A stretch of 64,000 nucleotides of DNA, taken from assembly GCA_037379345.1 (NCBI GenBank), contig CM074512.1:33542001-33606000 (forward strand), read 5' to 3'. Shown here in pieces: positions 1 through 49,995 of this stretch. Every line of letters starts with the position of its first letter. The first letter of the stretch is position 1. The notes under the pieces were generated by a model. It had not been told where the DNA came from and made no database searches. It saw nothing but the letters and a program-made list of their open reading frames with translations. A program made the translations under genes and the position numbers. The DNA comes from Perna viridis. Lineage: Eukaryota.

Positions 1-636
1 ATCCTTGTTCTTTACTGTGAATATTTTACTTAAGACTAGAGGTCATATGCTTTGTACAAATGCAAACAATTCATATAATGTATTTGAGGTTAAGTTATAT
101 CAATCATATTATCATACCAATGGATTTCTTGTGTATTACTATATGGAGATTATGTTATACTTGTAAATTGACAATGGTCATACATCATGTAAACGATTCT
201 TGGCTGTGAAGGCAACTATTGATTTTTTGCCCAACAATTACTTCATAAGAGCTATTCCAGTAAATAATTTGTCCCCAAGGAAACCCTTGTATTACCCCAC
301 ACTATAATATTGCATTGGTTACAACAAATTGTATGCATTTACCCCAAATACATTTGTTACATAAAATAACTTTACTTTGGGATGGGGTAGGTTGTCAATT
401 TTCTGGTACTGCCCTTTTTACATGTCAACTTCCCATGATAGTGGTATAAGGTACTTAATAGAGCCAAATACAAAATGCTAGTTTAGCTTGAATGTAGGTT
501 TTCAAATTTCGGAGCAGGCTCATTCAAATACATTGGATGCAAATTTGCAATATCCTTTTCCCTATTTCCCATAAAAGTTTTCCAAATGTAAACATTCCTG
601 CTGCCTCTAACACCAACTTGTTGTTGTTTTTTTTAG

Positions 637-35793
<35,157 letters not shown>

Positions 35794-35826
35794 GTAAGTT
35801 TCCCCCTCTTTCATAGAGGTAATATT

Positions 35827-36495
35827 CAGTCGAACTTCACTCGTTCAAACTTGGATGGCTCGCATACCCGGGATTTTTCGAACACAACTCAAAGTACCAA
35901 ACTTTTCTCCTATATAATCAACATAAATAACCTTGGATTTCTCAAACTTCAAATTCTCGAACACTTGAACTAACTAGTTGGTCCACTCAGTAATAAATCT
36001 TAGAATATAACCCTCCGCTAACTGGAACTTGTCAGCCATTTTGTCAGCTTGGATAATAAAAAGTGTGAAAAACTGAAAAACTATCATTATTCAGTGTCAT
36101 TTTAGTTACTTACAGGTAATATTTAAGTTATGATCACTAATTAGGTAGTTTTAATCTAACATAGTACTGATTGTACCAAAATTGGCATGATGAAAGCATA
36201 AAAGAAAATTTAATGTCAACAAATTATTGATGAGGGAACTCGAACTCTGAATTTTTTTAAGAGCAAACACAGCATTTTTAATGTCAGCAAATCAACATAA
36301 CCTTCTGAAAGTGACTGGAAAATATCCAAGACCTAACAATACTTTGTAGGAAGTAAGTAATTTCTAACGAATAAGTTGAACTCGGATTGGCAACGAAAAA
36401 AATCCGGAAATTTACTAACTTCAATTTCTCGAACTCCCGATAACTCAAACAAATATCAATGGCCCCTTGGAGTTCAAGATACCGATGTTTGACTG
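35827..36495. mobile_element. pogo/Tc1-mariner-like MITE, about 670 bp
   Basis: Imperfect TIR CAGTCGAACTTC / GATGTTTGACTG with repeated subterminal CTCGAAC motifs; superfamily is inferred. Confidence 0.55.
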
Positions 36496-36940
36496 CACTT
36501 TAAAAAAAATAGACACTTTTATGAATTAATTGTGATTTCAATCTCCAAAATCTCTAGAATTCCCACCACAACCTTCTTAGCTCACCTGGATCATTGGTAC
36601 CAGTGAATAATGCCTTTACTTTGGGTACACAATCCATTGCCTGTCATTTGGTTTCTATACAATTCTAACCTTTTTTATTTCCTGAATTAAAACCCCATTG
36701 ACTAATTCTACCAAACTTGGCAGGAAGGGTGTTTTGTGAAGCCTTTTTAAACATTCCACTTTTGATTCTTGGTCAATCAAACAACATGGCAACTTCAATC
36801 TATTAAAACTTCTGGTAGGCCAATTTTTATATGACTGTGAAAAAATTGTGGTTATATAATGGTAAGGCACTGTCATCATCCATGTCATTGTGTCATCTGT
36901 AGGCATATTTGTTAGTTAATCTTTATAAAAAGAAGGTTTA

Positions 36941-38203
36941 CAGGGAAATAGATTAACGGTCGCCCACTCGCCAATGCCGACCAGAAATGTGCCATTTTTT
37001 CTATTTTAATAGCCCAGCTGGCAAATTGCAAAAAAATTATTGTAAACAAAAGTTGTGGTCGGAGTTGTAACTGGTTATCATTCGATCGGAAACATAGCGT
37101 CCTTAGTTAAATTTTTATCGGTAACCAGTTCTAGTAATACGGTTCCTAACCGATGTCAGTTTCTTATTTAGAATTGTTTATTAATTTCCGCATCCGGAAT
37201 TTCGAAAAATGTGGAATTTTATTTCTGGGGTTAAAAAAACCCAAGAAACCAACACCACAGCCAAGAGAAAGACATACCAAAAAGAATATTAATAAAAAAT
37301 AAATCAGTTAAAAACCTGTCTTTAGCACCTGCTAAGCCTATTGTCATTAATGATGATAAGGGAAGAGGTTAAGTCTGAAGAGTTGGCTACTGAGAATGAG
37401 GAAGGGGGACAGGAAGAAGGAGAAAATGAGGCAGCAGGAGAGAGTCAGATAGAAGAAGAGATAGAGGTAGAGGTAGGAGAGAATCAGGAATAAAGGTAGA
37501 GGTGAGTGAGAAGCTAGGATGAAAGCGATTATGAGTCAACAATAATCTTTATTCTCAAAAACCACATATTTGGTACAGAGACACATAACATATATAAAAT
37601 ATATGCTATACAAAACTATTTACAGACAAGTTGGAAACATTACAGTATTGATGAAGTTAATCAGACATGTCAGAGTGTGATAGCGATTTAGAAAAGGATT
37701 CTGTTTTTGCAAGATTGTTTGAATATTCTAGAGATTAATTTGTTCAGAATCTGAATAAAAATTAATCTCTAGGATATTCAAACAGTCTACTGTTTTATGT
37801 ATTAAAGTTTTGAATTTATATGAATTGGTTGTATAATTTTAATTCACTGAAAGAGATATATTATCCAAAGCACATTTTTAACTTCCAACTGCACATTTTA
37901 GAGTTTTCATGATGCATATAAATAGGGAGACTATGTAGTGAATGAGTGAATGTGTATGACAACAAATCACACCATACACTGAAAATTATCAAGGAACAGA
38001 GCTTTTATTCCTGTTCTGCATCTTGATGTTGCATGAGGGTCTTTAACAATGAACAAATGGTTCATACCCTCAAACAAGTATTTTTACGTACCAAAATTTT
38101 GTCAGAAAAAGTCTGGGCTACTAACTTTTTTTCTGGGCAAATTGATTTTATACTTAAGTAGCCCAGGTGGCTAGTGGCCTCAAAAAGTTAATCTTTACCC
38201 CTG
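36941..38203 (+). mobile_element. Internally deleted hAT-like DNA transposon, about 1.26 kb
   Basis: TIR CAGGGAAATAGATTAAC / GTTAATCTTTACCCCTG; CpG-rich left subterminal region; decayed coding-like remnant (MWNFISGVKKT...KRKTYQKEY, then an acidic E-rich stretch at 37370-37490); target-site duplication only partial. Confidence 0.6.
37712..37788. repeat. 77-bp near-perfect palindrome (foldback)
   Basis: AGATTGTTTGAATATTCTAGAGATTAATTT ... AAATTAATCTCTAGGATATTCAAACAGTCT. Confidence 0.85.
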
Positions 38204-41200
38204 GTTTATATTAATTTTAGGGGTTGATATTGGGGGCTAATACTTGAGGAATTATGGCATTAGGGTCTGAAAGAAGCACTTTTCTGGTTTGTTAATTGGA
38301 AAGGCTTTTTAGTGCGCCTGATTTTTCATTTTCAAATTTAATGAAAGACAGGAGATTGACAGTTTCAGCAAAACTGTTTTTTTTTGTTTTTTTTGATTAA
38401 CAGTGTATAATTTGTAATTTTTTGGAAGACATGGAATTCACCTGTATTATTGTCAGTTATGACTCATATTTAGGATTATATGCACCAAATTTCACCAAGT
38501 AATTGAGTTTTCTAAGAATTGTCATCTTGTCATTTCATTGTCAAGCCTTCTGGGTTTACAAACCTATAGTATACATTAGTTGTTTATCAGTAGCCAGTGT
38601 TATTTAATTATTGCTAATTACAGTAGTGATTATCATGCTGTGCTGTCTACAATAACAGAAATCTAAGGGAGAATGAAAGAACTTCGGCTTAATACATGTC
38701 ATAGATTCTGAAACGAACATTAGGACTCTGACCACTGGCTGACACCAGTGTTTAAAGACTTTTGTTGACAGATTTTGACATCCACAACAGAACACTGCTG
38801 CTAATGAGATATTGTAAACTCTTTACTGCTTAAAGAAAATAAAGTTAATGGAGTTTTTATGGTGGCACCCTTTTAAAAGTCATTAGATTTTTATAATATC
38901 TAAACTATAAATGATAAATAAATAAGCTATCATTTTTATTTTATTATTATTATTATCTGACCTTGTTGTTTTTAACAAAGTCTCATTACTTTGAGTGTCT
39001 TTGCTATGGTGATTTCATTTCTTTATTCTTTTTTATGCCCCACTCTTAAGAGTAGAAGCTATATTGCAATCACGTTGTAAGTCCTTCAGTCCATTCGTAA
39101 CACTTTTTATAACAGATTTCTTATCCTTTATTCGAGGGAATGCTTAGATATTTGGTATATTGCTTTGCAAGGTGACTTCTACTATGTCCCCCCTTTTCAG
39201 GCTCCATGCTTGTCTACTTCCTGTTCACAGATCGACTTAATAATTTTTCTGATGTTAAATTGTGGAAACTTTCATAACTGATTTTTCAGTTTCTATGAAG
39301 AGGAATGCTTAGATATTTGGTATATTGCTTTTGTGGGATGACATGTACTCTGACTCCCTTCCCCAGCTTTGACTGAAATGGTTGAGTTGGAGTATGCATA
39401 CTACGTCGTGTTCTCCTTTCAACTATGTACACTTATTGGTAGTTATGAATTTGGGGATGTACATTTAGTTTAAGGTATGGACTAGCATTTAGAAGGGAAT
39501 TCTATACATGTATTTCACAGTGTACTTGTGTCTTTAAACTATATTGGGATCAATTTTATTTATTGATTAGATAATAACTGACTTTCAAAGAAAAATGGAT
39601 CTTTTGGCAACCCAATCTCCTTATTTGTATCTTTTGCTTTATTGAATACCATATCAATGGCTGTTTTGTTCTTGAGTTACATTTGATGTATCTCTGCGTC
39701 ACGAAGCTTTGAAGGCGCCACTCTTGTCATGTCTGCTAAGCATATTTTTGTTTTACATTTGATAATCTTTGAACCCAATCATAGCTGCAATTATTCAATG
39801 TTTTTCCTTTCTTGGAATTGCTACTTGACAGTTTCCCCATAGAATTTGTCAATTTATTAATGGCAAGTGGATGGTTATAGCATTTTAAATGCAGTTAGAT
39901 TGCATGTGGATGACAGTCTGTCTACTTGATGAATGCCTGTAGGGATACAACTTAGTGCAGCTCTGTATTGCCACATGAAGAAAATTGTAAATGATTCTTT
40001 TATTTATTTATAATTATTATGGTATTAAGTTTGGGTATTTTTTAAACTTGTATACCTGTACACTACATTTGTACACTACATATGTACATGAGCAACATAC
40101 AGTTATAGTTATATGCCAGTGGCTTTCTGTATTACATTCTTAACATTTGAAGTCTTTAGATGTGTTGATATCCTTATGAACCATTATCAAGTTGTAGTAC
40201 TTGTGTGAAAAGGAGGACTGGTAGAAAAAGTAAGTGTATAAAAGTCCTTATGAAATGTAAATATATTTGATATAACTTCATGCTAATGCTCAAAATTACA
40301 AGATAAAAAAAGTTAATATATCTGGGATTTAAAATTTGAAATACAGGTACTAATAAGTATATTGGAGTTCTGAAATTGTACTGGCATCAGATGATTGAGA
40401 TTCAACCCAAGGCTTACATATAAAGCCTATTAAAAGACCCATGTAGAAAGAAATTTTCATGAGGTGCATTGAAATATGAAATGAAACTCGTAGAATTTTA
40501 ACCCAATATCTTTCCTGGACTGATTTATACTGATAATGATAATAACCATATCTATGTATTGTCTTGTGTCATTGGTAAATTGTTGTACATGAGTTAAGAT
40601 GACCCATGTAAGACAAGACAAGGTCATTGTATAATCCAATCAAAACAAAGACTGAGAAGACCTCAAAGGTGATTTATGATTTTGCTATGTAACATTGCAA
40701 TGATTGTTGTGGGAAATGGTGGAGATATTCTCTCTGTCTATAGACAAATTGCTGATAAAATGCAGCATTTTATACAAGAAATAAGTATATACACTCATTC
40801 CTAATGGAAGTCTGAGATTTTTAACACTAAAAGTAATATAACTTCATTGTCTTTTCAGTTGTTCCACTGTGCTTCACTTGTGCAAAAGTCTCAATTTTCT
40901 CAACACTCTTGTAAAGAATCAATTAAAAATCTATTACTTTTTTCAAAATATTTATCTCAGAGATTGATTCATTATAAAGTCTACATTTTATAACTACACA
41001 ATCATTGCTTTACAATTTTAGAAATTTTATGCTTCCCACAAGAAACCACAGCATGAAAATTAACTTTCTTGCAACATAACTGACTAATGTAACTTTGCCT
41101 GGGATGAATTTCACTTGCCATGGGTAAGAGAAATGGGGGTTCTAAACTCTGCAATTGTTATAATTTCATTGAACTATGAAAAGTGGTTACCATAAATAAA

Positions 41201-42480
41201 TTATTCTACTCTATACCCAAAAAATTCTACATTTCATTGTGCATAATCAGTATGACAGTTACCTATGGAAGCCAGTGGTTCAAAGAAAGAACCTTAATTC
41301 CCTTTTGCTGTAAAGCTAACAGTCATATAGCACCAATTAGTTCTAAAAAATATATTAAGCACACAATTATTTTGCCTTTAGGAGATCTCCTGATATAGAG
41401 ATCAATATGGAACAAAGTGCAGAATGGGAAAATTGCTCGCAGCTCTTCAATTTTCCAATTAATAAACAAAAGATGTTTTAAGTACAGAAACAGCAGTCTT
41501 TAATAGTTTATGTCATTTCCTGTAATTATTAGTTTAGTAAATTATAGTAAAACTAAGCTGTCTGTGAGATGAGGCCACTGTCCTAGGGAAGACAATGCCT
41601 TAGATTCAGGAGACACATCCATGATATTGTTAGCTTATTTTAGAACTACCTCATTCTTTTATTATAGCAATCACCCTATAATGATCTCTCTGTCTGTTTG
41701 TATGTCCTTCCATTACAAACTCCTGTTGGGGCTTTAACTGTTTTGTCTTTGGATATTGGTTTATTTTATTTTGGGTGGAGGTAAATCACCTGAAAATGAT
41801 GTGTGGTGTACAATGGATAGTGACCTAAGACCATGAAATTTGATTACACTATCAAATTCTGTTTTTTCATTGACTAACTCCTGTGTAGGCTGTAACTTTT
41901 TTTGTCTTTTGATTTGGGCTTTGAATATTTGGAATGTGGGTAGATCACCTGAAGACAATGTATTATGGATAATTGTCTAGAACCTTGAACTTTCACCTCA
42001 AGGTCGAGTTCATGTTTTTTCAGTGACAAACTTGTGTCTGGAATATATTTGATTTTATACTTCTTTCTCAACTGGTAAATATTCCTATTGAATATGAGTA
42101 CCACATTAAAAACTGAAAATTTTGAATTTCACCTACAATTGGACCCTAAAATCCCTTTAAGGTATTTAAGTGGTAAGTATAAGAAAAAAATTTATTGACT
42201 CATTCCCTTTTTATAATCTAGTTTACTATGCCATCAGATAAAAAGTCCTTTCTTGCTCAGAAGTATTCTTGAATGGCATTGACAGTTTCATCAGAACCAG
42301 AATCTGTAATTTTCCCTGGGGACCACCAAGCTCTCATTTTAATAGTCCTGTCACATATTTGTGACTCTCTTACATAGATGAATGTATATTCCCACAGGAA
42401 GTCTTAAATTTATCCTTTATAGATATAATATATCAGTTGGAGGGATTTTTATGCTGGAAGTTTCTACATCTCCTATTGTA

Positions 42481-43620
42481 AGCTCACCTGGCTAAAGGCC
42501 AAGTGAATTTATGCCATCACTTGGCTTCTGTCGTCATCATCATCGTGGACAAATTTTTGAAAATCCTCTAAAACTACTTGACCGACAGGATGTTAACTTG
42601 GTATGATTGTTCCTTAGAGTATTGTGCACAATATGACTTTTGGGATTTATAATCCTTGAAAAACCATGGCCGCATTACTAAATATAGAACATAGGAGTCT
42701 GAAGGCATTTTTTTGCAAATAACTAAAAAAATATTGCCTTTAGCAAAATTCTGGCAGTTGGTAATATTGTTCAGCATCAAGAGATGGACCTATGCCAAAC
42801 TTTTCAAAATGATTTGTCTACTGATGTAGGAGTTATGGCCCCTGAAACAGCTTTTTTTTGCATTTTTCCCCATGTACAACTTTGAAAATCCTCTTCTCAG
42901 AAATCATTTTACAGAATTTGATGAAAGTTGGCCTATCTGTTCCTTGAGATATTCCACACCAAAGTGTTGTTGGGATTTTCGATCCATGAAAAGACATGGC
43001 CCCTGTTACTAAAAATAGAACATAGGGGTCAGAAGGTCGTTTTTTGCAAATAACTCAAAAGTTGTTGCTTTTTGCAAAATTCTGGCAGGGTGATATTGTT
43101 CAGCATTATGAGTTGGACCTATGCTGAAATTTTCAGAAATTAACAGCCCCTGAATTAGAACATAGGGGTCAGACATTAGTTTTTCACATATATCTCCAAA
43201 ACCATTAGGTTTAGCTAAATTCTGACATGGATGAACGTGTTCAGCATGATGAGATCTATCTGTGATGAAATTTTCATTTTATTCTGTATAGCCATGGAGT
43301 TATTGCCCTTTTTCAATGTTATTTATTTCAAAAATCTTCTCCTCTGATATCACTTGACCAATTGGAACCAAACTTGGTGTGATTGTTCCTTGGTGTATCA
43401 TGCATAGAACTACTGTGGAGATTTTTTTTTTGTTTTGTCAAAAACATGGCTGCTGTTACTAAAAATTGAATAAAGGGGTCAGTCAGTTGCTGAAATGATC
43501 CTTATGATAAGGCCTACAAAAGTTTGTGGGGATCAAATTTTTTGGATAACTCCTTGTTAGAGTTATTGCCCTTGAAAGGCAAAAAATTATGTTTTTAGCA
43601 GTTTTCAGCCTATATCTTGA
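42481..43620 (+). mobile_element. Helentron-associated (HINE-like) element with internal tandem monomers
   Basis: 5' AGCTCACCTGG...GTGA...GCCATCACTTGGC plus (GTC/ATC)n; repeated CATGGC...TTACTAAA.ATAGAA...AGGGGTCAG and GGAGTTAT.GCCC blocks; architecture typical of bivalve HINEs (recalled). Confidence 0.6.
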
Positions 43621-46529
43621 GAAAAAAACATAAACTGGACTAAAACTAAGATATCTTTCTGGTAGTATTGTTATGTTTTACTTTATGACATCATGTTTTC
43701 TCCTTCTCTTGGGTAATCTCATTTAAAATTCCATATAAGATGTTATACACACAACTTGATGGGTGTTGTTACAAAAACAGGAGATTGGATTCTTGTGATG
43801 TATCTTTCCACCAATAAATGAAAATTTACAATTTGAAATCAAATCATTGATGAGCCTGGTCGTTGAGAATGATGGCCAGAGTCACAAAATGAAAGTACAT
43901 TTACTACATATGAATGAAATGATAACAAATTTCCTTGTCATTCATTCATAAAGATATTTATTATAATTTCTATGTTTTTCATTTAGACAGCAACAGTTGT
44001 TGTGATTGTTTATTCTATCTCTCTAAACCATAAAATGTTATATAAGTTTTGATAACTGCTTTATCTTCCTTGAGTAATAGGTAATTTAAGAAACCATTTC
44101 CTCTAAAAGTCACAAATTTTGATAAATGTTGTAAATGAATAGTTTCATTATTACTTGTAGACAACAGCACAATATTATGTAACAAGAAAATTGAAATCAA
44201 ACAATTTTGATAATTAATTTAATTAGCTTGCAAGTAATTTCGACATAGTTCAATTGATTATCGAAAATAACTATTTTCATTTTCAATTTTGCTGTTTATT
44301 AGTTTTTGTTTTGTATTTTGTCTTAAAAGTATTTTGGTTACAAAACATATTGAGCATAAAAGTCTGCATAATAATGTGTACTTTTGAATAATATCAGCGG
44401 TAATATCCTCATCAATAATTGTTCATTTATTTGTCTGTCGTAGTTTTTTATAGAAATGATCAATTTAATACATAAAGGAAGGAAGGAATTAAAAATAGTA
44501 AAAATATTCACAAAGTAAACCCTTGAATTGATCGATAAGGAGATGCAAAATGCAATGGTATTAAAAATTGCTCATGTTGACTTCAAAACTTTGTACTGAA
44601 ATCTAATTTACATGTCCACAAAAGGCCTCAGTAATGACATTGACGTCAAGATATGAGATTCTCATTTAAGTTAACTTATAATCATGACTTTTGAGAATAT
44701 GTGAATGAACAAGGTTAATAGTGTTACTGTTGGAGATGTAGCAAAACAATCTGTTTACATAGGTCTTGGTGCTTTGAGCTATTACTCCCTTTTAATGAAA
44801 ATGGCTGATTTGTTGATGATGCTGTTTCATTAATATTTCACTCTCAAGTGACACACCTTTAGAGGACTTTGACCTGTCCTGATTTATTTATGTAATTGAA
44901 TGTGATTATTTGTGCTTAGACTGTTCCCCTGTCTAGACAATCATCTTCATCTGGTCCTTTAGTTATGTAATTGTTAGGTAATGAAAATGCTGTAATGGCA
45001 CATGTTGAATACAAATGGTGTAATAACTTAACTTTGAATCTTCTGTTGTCAGTTCTTCCCTTGTCACCATTTTAAAGAGTGGTATGACTTTTGTTGAGTA
45101 AATCTAGTTATGTAATTTGTGTATTGTTATCTATAGGATTGACTTGTTCTTAAAGCTAGGGATTAGATTTGTAAGAAGTTGTTGTGGTATTGATATTGTA
45201 CTTAATGATGAGCTATGCAAGAGATCATTGCAATAATTATAGTACACATTATATCTTACTATTTCTTAACAACAGTTTTTTCTATTGTATCAGAATTTTC
45301 CTTCTGGTAATATATTAAGTGCTAATCCAAATGCTTTTATTAGCATTCCTTAGTTTTTATTTGAAAAAAAAAAATATTAGTCCACTAGATTTTCTTGCGA
45401 AATCGAATTTCAAAAGCATGCCAGAAGTGTATGTAACTAATTAAAACTATGAGTTTACCAAAGTTTGAACAAAAATTGCATCATTATCTTACAAATTTTT
45501 GTTTTTTGTTGGTTTTCAAGAAGCCTACCACAAAATATTGGCTCATCACACATTGATGGCCTGATCTAGCCTTATACATTCTGTATGCTTTCATTGGTAG
45601 CATGTGTATTAATATTATGCTTAAACTGTTAGCATATTATGTCCTTGTTTTGCTCAATCTTGATAATGCTGATTAAATTGGTGATAAAGTTGTGGTAGAG
45701 AAACCAGCTTATTAAATGGATATGATTTTCAGTTTTCTGTTTTTACAAATCTGGATGTTTACAATTTGATTCTTTATTTTACTGTTTACTTCCAGTTTTG
45801 CCCAAATTCACATATCTGTTTTTATCTCATATATGGTTATTAGCTAAGTATGGGATGAAAATATAAACACAAGTCAAACAAATATTCAACCTAGGCATAC
45901 CAGTTTAGTCTAGTCCAGACTAGGTTTTAGAGTATGCCGTTCTGTTAGTAATTTATGATGAATATCTTATTTCCAGTTCTCCTTAAAAGAAATCAGGCAG
46001 TGAAATAAACACCTGATCCACTAAACCTGTAAAAAATTCTCTCATTTTTTTTTACAGAAACATGGAATAAATTTACCAAGTTATTACTTATACAGACTGA
46101 TATTTTTAATAGCACCTATTAATTTATTTTGGGTATGCATTTAACTGAAAGCCATGATTTATTCATTTGTAATGATTTTTACCTTACACTACTATGACAA
46201 CCAAGATCTGTAGGGGAGTAATGTGGGGTTCTTTCTTCTCTCCTCCTTAAATCAAACTTCCTGATTGACTGATTGAAACACAAAAGAATGTGTTTCACCA
46301 ACTTGACTCTTTTACCCTGTCCCCTAATCCCCATTCTTAAACCCCTTATTTACACTTTCCCTGTCTGTACTCCTTGGCTCCTGAACTCCTTGATGTGTTC
46401 CACTCTCCCTGTCCACTTTCCCTGCTTTATCAGTGACTACAATGGTCTTTTATTGTGAATTTTAATGTTCAAATTTCTATTTGTCTACTTGTATTTTATA
46501 CAAGTGTCAAATTTCTTGAAGAGTTTGAA

Positions 46530-46878
46530 TTGGTTTCCATGACAAAGATCAGACATGGATAACAGACAAAAACAACAAAGAACTTAAAAAAATCGAAATA
46601 ATACATACAAAGTAATGAAAGTAAATGAGCAACTCAGACTCCACTTAAAATTAGGAGCATGGACCAGGTGCAATTGTAGGATAAGCATCCTCTGCTTTTC
46701 TAGAAATACCCGCCAAGTTGCTAAAAAAAAAAGTCAAGTCCGGTGTAGACGAAAGGGGAAAGGAAAACTATGACACATTGAACAAATCAGTTTTCATGGT
46801 GTAGATGGATACATTGTAACGATCCACAAGTTCAGGATGACGACCATAAAACTTCTGTAGTGATGACTTTAATCTTGT
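46530..46878 (-). mobile_element. 5'-truncated retroelement: last 36 codons of a reverse-transcriptase ORF plus 3' UTR
   Basis: Minus strand 46878-46768 translates TRLKSSLQKFYGRHPELVDRYNVSIYTMKTDLFNVS*, resembling the LKSSLRKFYGRHHDLVDRY C-terminus I recall from mollusc RT elements; UTR shared with 17888-18132. Confidence 0.7.
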
Positions 46879-47046
46879 ACTATCTGAACTCTGTTGAAAG
46901 TATACAGTCATTTTTGCTGGTCAAATTAATCATTTAGACTATGTACACTCTTCTGTAGTTCTATTGAGCTAGGTTCTGAGCATCAATTGCTCGGTCTCAG
47001 ATTTACTGTAAACTATATGAATTCAGTACACAATGGAAATCCTGAA

Positions 47047-47110
47047 GATTGATTGATTGTTGGGGTTTAACACCCGAGCAGCAATATTTCAGCTATATTC
47101 AGGCGAGAAA
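47047..47110 (-). mobile_element. SINE/LINE 3' tail fragment ending in (CAAT)n
   Basis: Reverse complement TTCTCGCCTGAATATAGCTGAAATATTGCTGCTCGGGTGTTAAACCCCAACAATCAATCAATC; a decayed similar tail at about 32970-33020. Confidence 0.45.
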
Positions 47111-49834
47111 TCTTTAAGAAAAATCATTGACAGAAGGTTGGTAATCCCATCACAACAAAATATCCAAAAAAAAAACCCAAAGAGCAAAAATAATTTTGTG
47201 AGAAAATTTCACCAGAAGCTATTTTTTATTGATGAACACTGAATATTCTACTTAATTTGTTTATAGCATGCAACTGGCTTCTTTTAATAACACTTTCTGT
47301 ACTCACTTTTACTTATTTTTTATCAAATTCTACAAGAATGTTAAAACAATCAACCATTTTATGATCATACCTATGTCGAAATGCTTTGAACTTGAAGTGA
47401 ATGAACTTCAAGCTTGGTTTAAAATCAGAGATTATTCAATGTCAGGTAACAAGGGGTGGAATCACAGGTAGATTGCACAGTTTCCTGTTTAATTTCACGA
47501 AGATCCTTCTTGTTGAGATTTATTTCCAAGTAAATATTACTGATAATGGTATAAAGCCTCATCTTTCTAACTATCATGTTGATGTAAGTGTCAGTCTCTT
47601 TAAGAATCAGGCATTGCAATAGGTGAATGAAGGTATTTAATAACGCACCACTTTGACAGTATTATTCGACTATTTGTACCATAAAAATAGACAATATTTC
47701 CTGTTATTTTGGTAAAATGAGTTATACTTTCATTGTAATGCACTGCAAGTAAACATGTCAAAACACCTCAATTTTCTAAAATTCAAATCAAATTTTCAAA
47801 CATCTCCAGAGAAGAAATTGTGATAATTTTATATGGAGAAGACTTCCTTATGTGGATATGTGAGTGTATGACATACATGTTTACGATTTTTTACATTTTG
47901 CCTGATTCTTACAATTTTTTGTACTTAATTGCTCTGATCATGAACTGAATAAAGGATGCAGATTTTCCTTATGGTGTTGTAGTCGAAGTGATTGCTTCTG
48001 AAAAATGCATTCAAGTGAAAGGAACAGATTACAAAGCATTTATTTTGTTGAGTTACATTTGTTCAATAAAGACATGGCTTCGCTTGCCTCCTCTTTCTTT
48101 GCAATCAGTGACACCAGAATTGATTATAATGTAGTGAAGATGCAATTGTGATAGAATGAAGTCCATGATACCCTAAAGGTTCTACAGTATAGTCAATGCT
48201 ATTTATGCTTCTTGTATCATGAAAATGAAAATTTTATTAATTAGTATTTCCTGAGGCTGCACTCTGCGGTTTTTGCCGGAAATAGGATCGGAAGCATTTA
48301 ATGAATGTTTGATGGATAACCAGGGATATCTTTATTAGTTGATTAGGTTACTCTTTAGTAATGGACATTGGCCTTTGGTTCAACCGTCACATTGGCACTT
48401 TTATTGAGCTTACTATCTTGTATTCCTGAAAGTCTGTTAATAGATAATGCCTTGTAGCAGTAGTGAGGTTGTCTTAGGTGCTGACTTCTTCCCTGTTCAG
48501 TTCCTATTTGTAGTATAGTGCTTCTTTCACCATTAAAAATGCAATCAAACAAAAATTTTAACTGAACCACTTTTGGACTTCAGGTTAAGTTTAGGCAAGA
48601 GTTTGGCTTACACAGATTCAATATACAATAAAAAGGACAGAAAGAGACTTCACAAGATATTTGTTTTAGACTAGTATCAGGTTTACTCCGGGTAAGGTTT
48701 AGGTAGGTTTTACTGTATTTTTCACTTGTTCTGCCTGATTATCTGGTAATACTTGTACTTTATTAAGAATTTACTAATGTGAAATTAAACAGTTTCTGGA
48801 ATTATGACTTGATTCATTTTTCACTATTATTAATGTCTGCAGAAAACTTATACTCCTTTTGGAGAAATGATTTTTTTTAGTATGACAAACCACCATAAAA
48901 CCACAAATATTGGTACTCTGAGCTGTTTACAGTTTTTTTAATATCTCTCTTTCCCATCTGTTACCTGGTCATTTTTGTGAACCTACTGTGTTTTAAACCA
49001 GAATGGACCCCATTTTTTCCACACATTTTTACTAGTATTGTTGTAATCAACTTCAGCATTTTGAAAAATGTGCCTATCTCAATTACTATTTTCATGCTGA
49101 ACTTATTTTGATAAAGTTCTTATTCCATCTGGAGATCAAAGCTTCGGTAGAAGACAATTCATTACCTTGTCTTCTCCTGTAATTTACGTTTGGTGGAGAA
49201 ATGAATTGAAATCGACAACTTGTTGGATTGCTATAAATTGGATTGGCACACTTTTCAAAAAAGCTTAAAAATTTAGCTGTTTTTCTATCTTGTAATTTCG
49301 ACATTTCATTTAAACTAAGTCAGAAAAATGTGTTGAATTAAGTCAATTTCGACAACATCATGCTCTGAAATACTGAGATTTATATGAAGAAATTCAGTTT
49401 ATCTTTCAATCTAAGTAATAAAAGAGAATAGTCTTTGCATGATGATAAAATTTTGGCTTTAAAGTCTAGTTTTGATTTACAGTGCTAATAATCTTGTCTC
49501 TCAAGGAGTAATTAATCTATTCTCAGATGATATTCTTGCCTTTTATATGTTTTATAACTGTGATCAAACGATTAGTCTTCCAAGCTGTAACTTACTTAGG
49601 TTGCTGCATTGTTTTCCTATATTTTACTGATATTTATCTATCCAAGTTTTAATTGGCTTAGGTTACTGTAAACAGTTCGCAGATTCTTACAAGTGAACAA
49701 ATTTATGGGTATCAATATGCACAGTTGGCGTAAATTATGAAAATAGTACACCACAAAAATTAGTACATTTTACAGTACAGTTTTTTTTTTGTTTTTTTTT
49801 TTGGGGGGGGGGGGCGGGGTGGGGGGATTTTGCA

Positions 49835-49995
49835 TCCAAGCTGTAACTGGCTCATATTGATGTAATGTTTTTTTTTTTGTATTTTGTATCTGTCTAAGCT
49901 GTAACTGGCTCTTGTTGATTTAATATTTCTTTGTATTTTGTATCTGTCATAGCTGTAACTGGCTCATGTTGATGTAATGTTTTTTTTTGTATTCT
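49835..49995. repeat. Three ~55-bp tandem copies (AGCTGTAACTGGCTC.T.TTGAT.TAAT.TTT...GTATT)
   Basis: Read directly; more decayed copies at about 49580 and 49640. Confidence 0.75.

Noticed and set aside
49781-49826. Poly-T followed by a G-run as a functional G-quadruplex
   Set aside because: Simple homopolymer tract, prone to sequencing error, with no supporting context.
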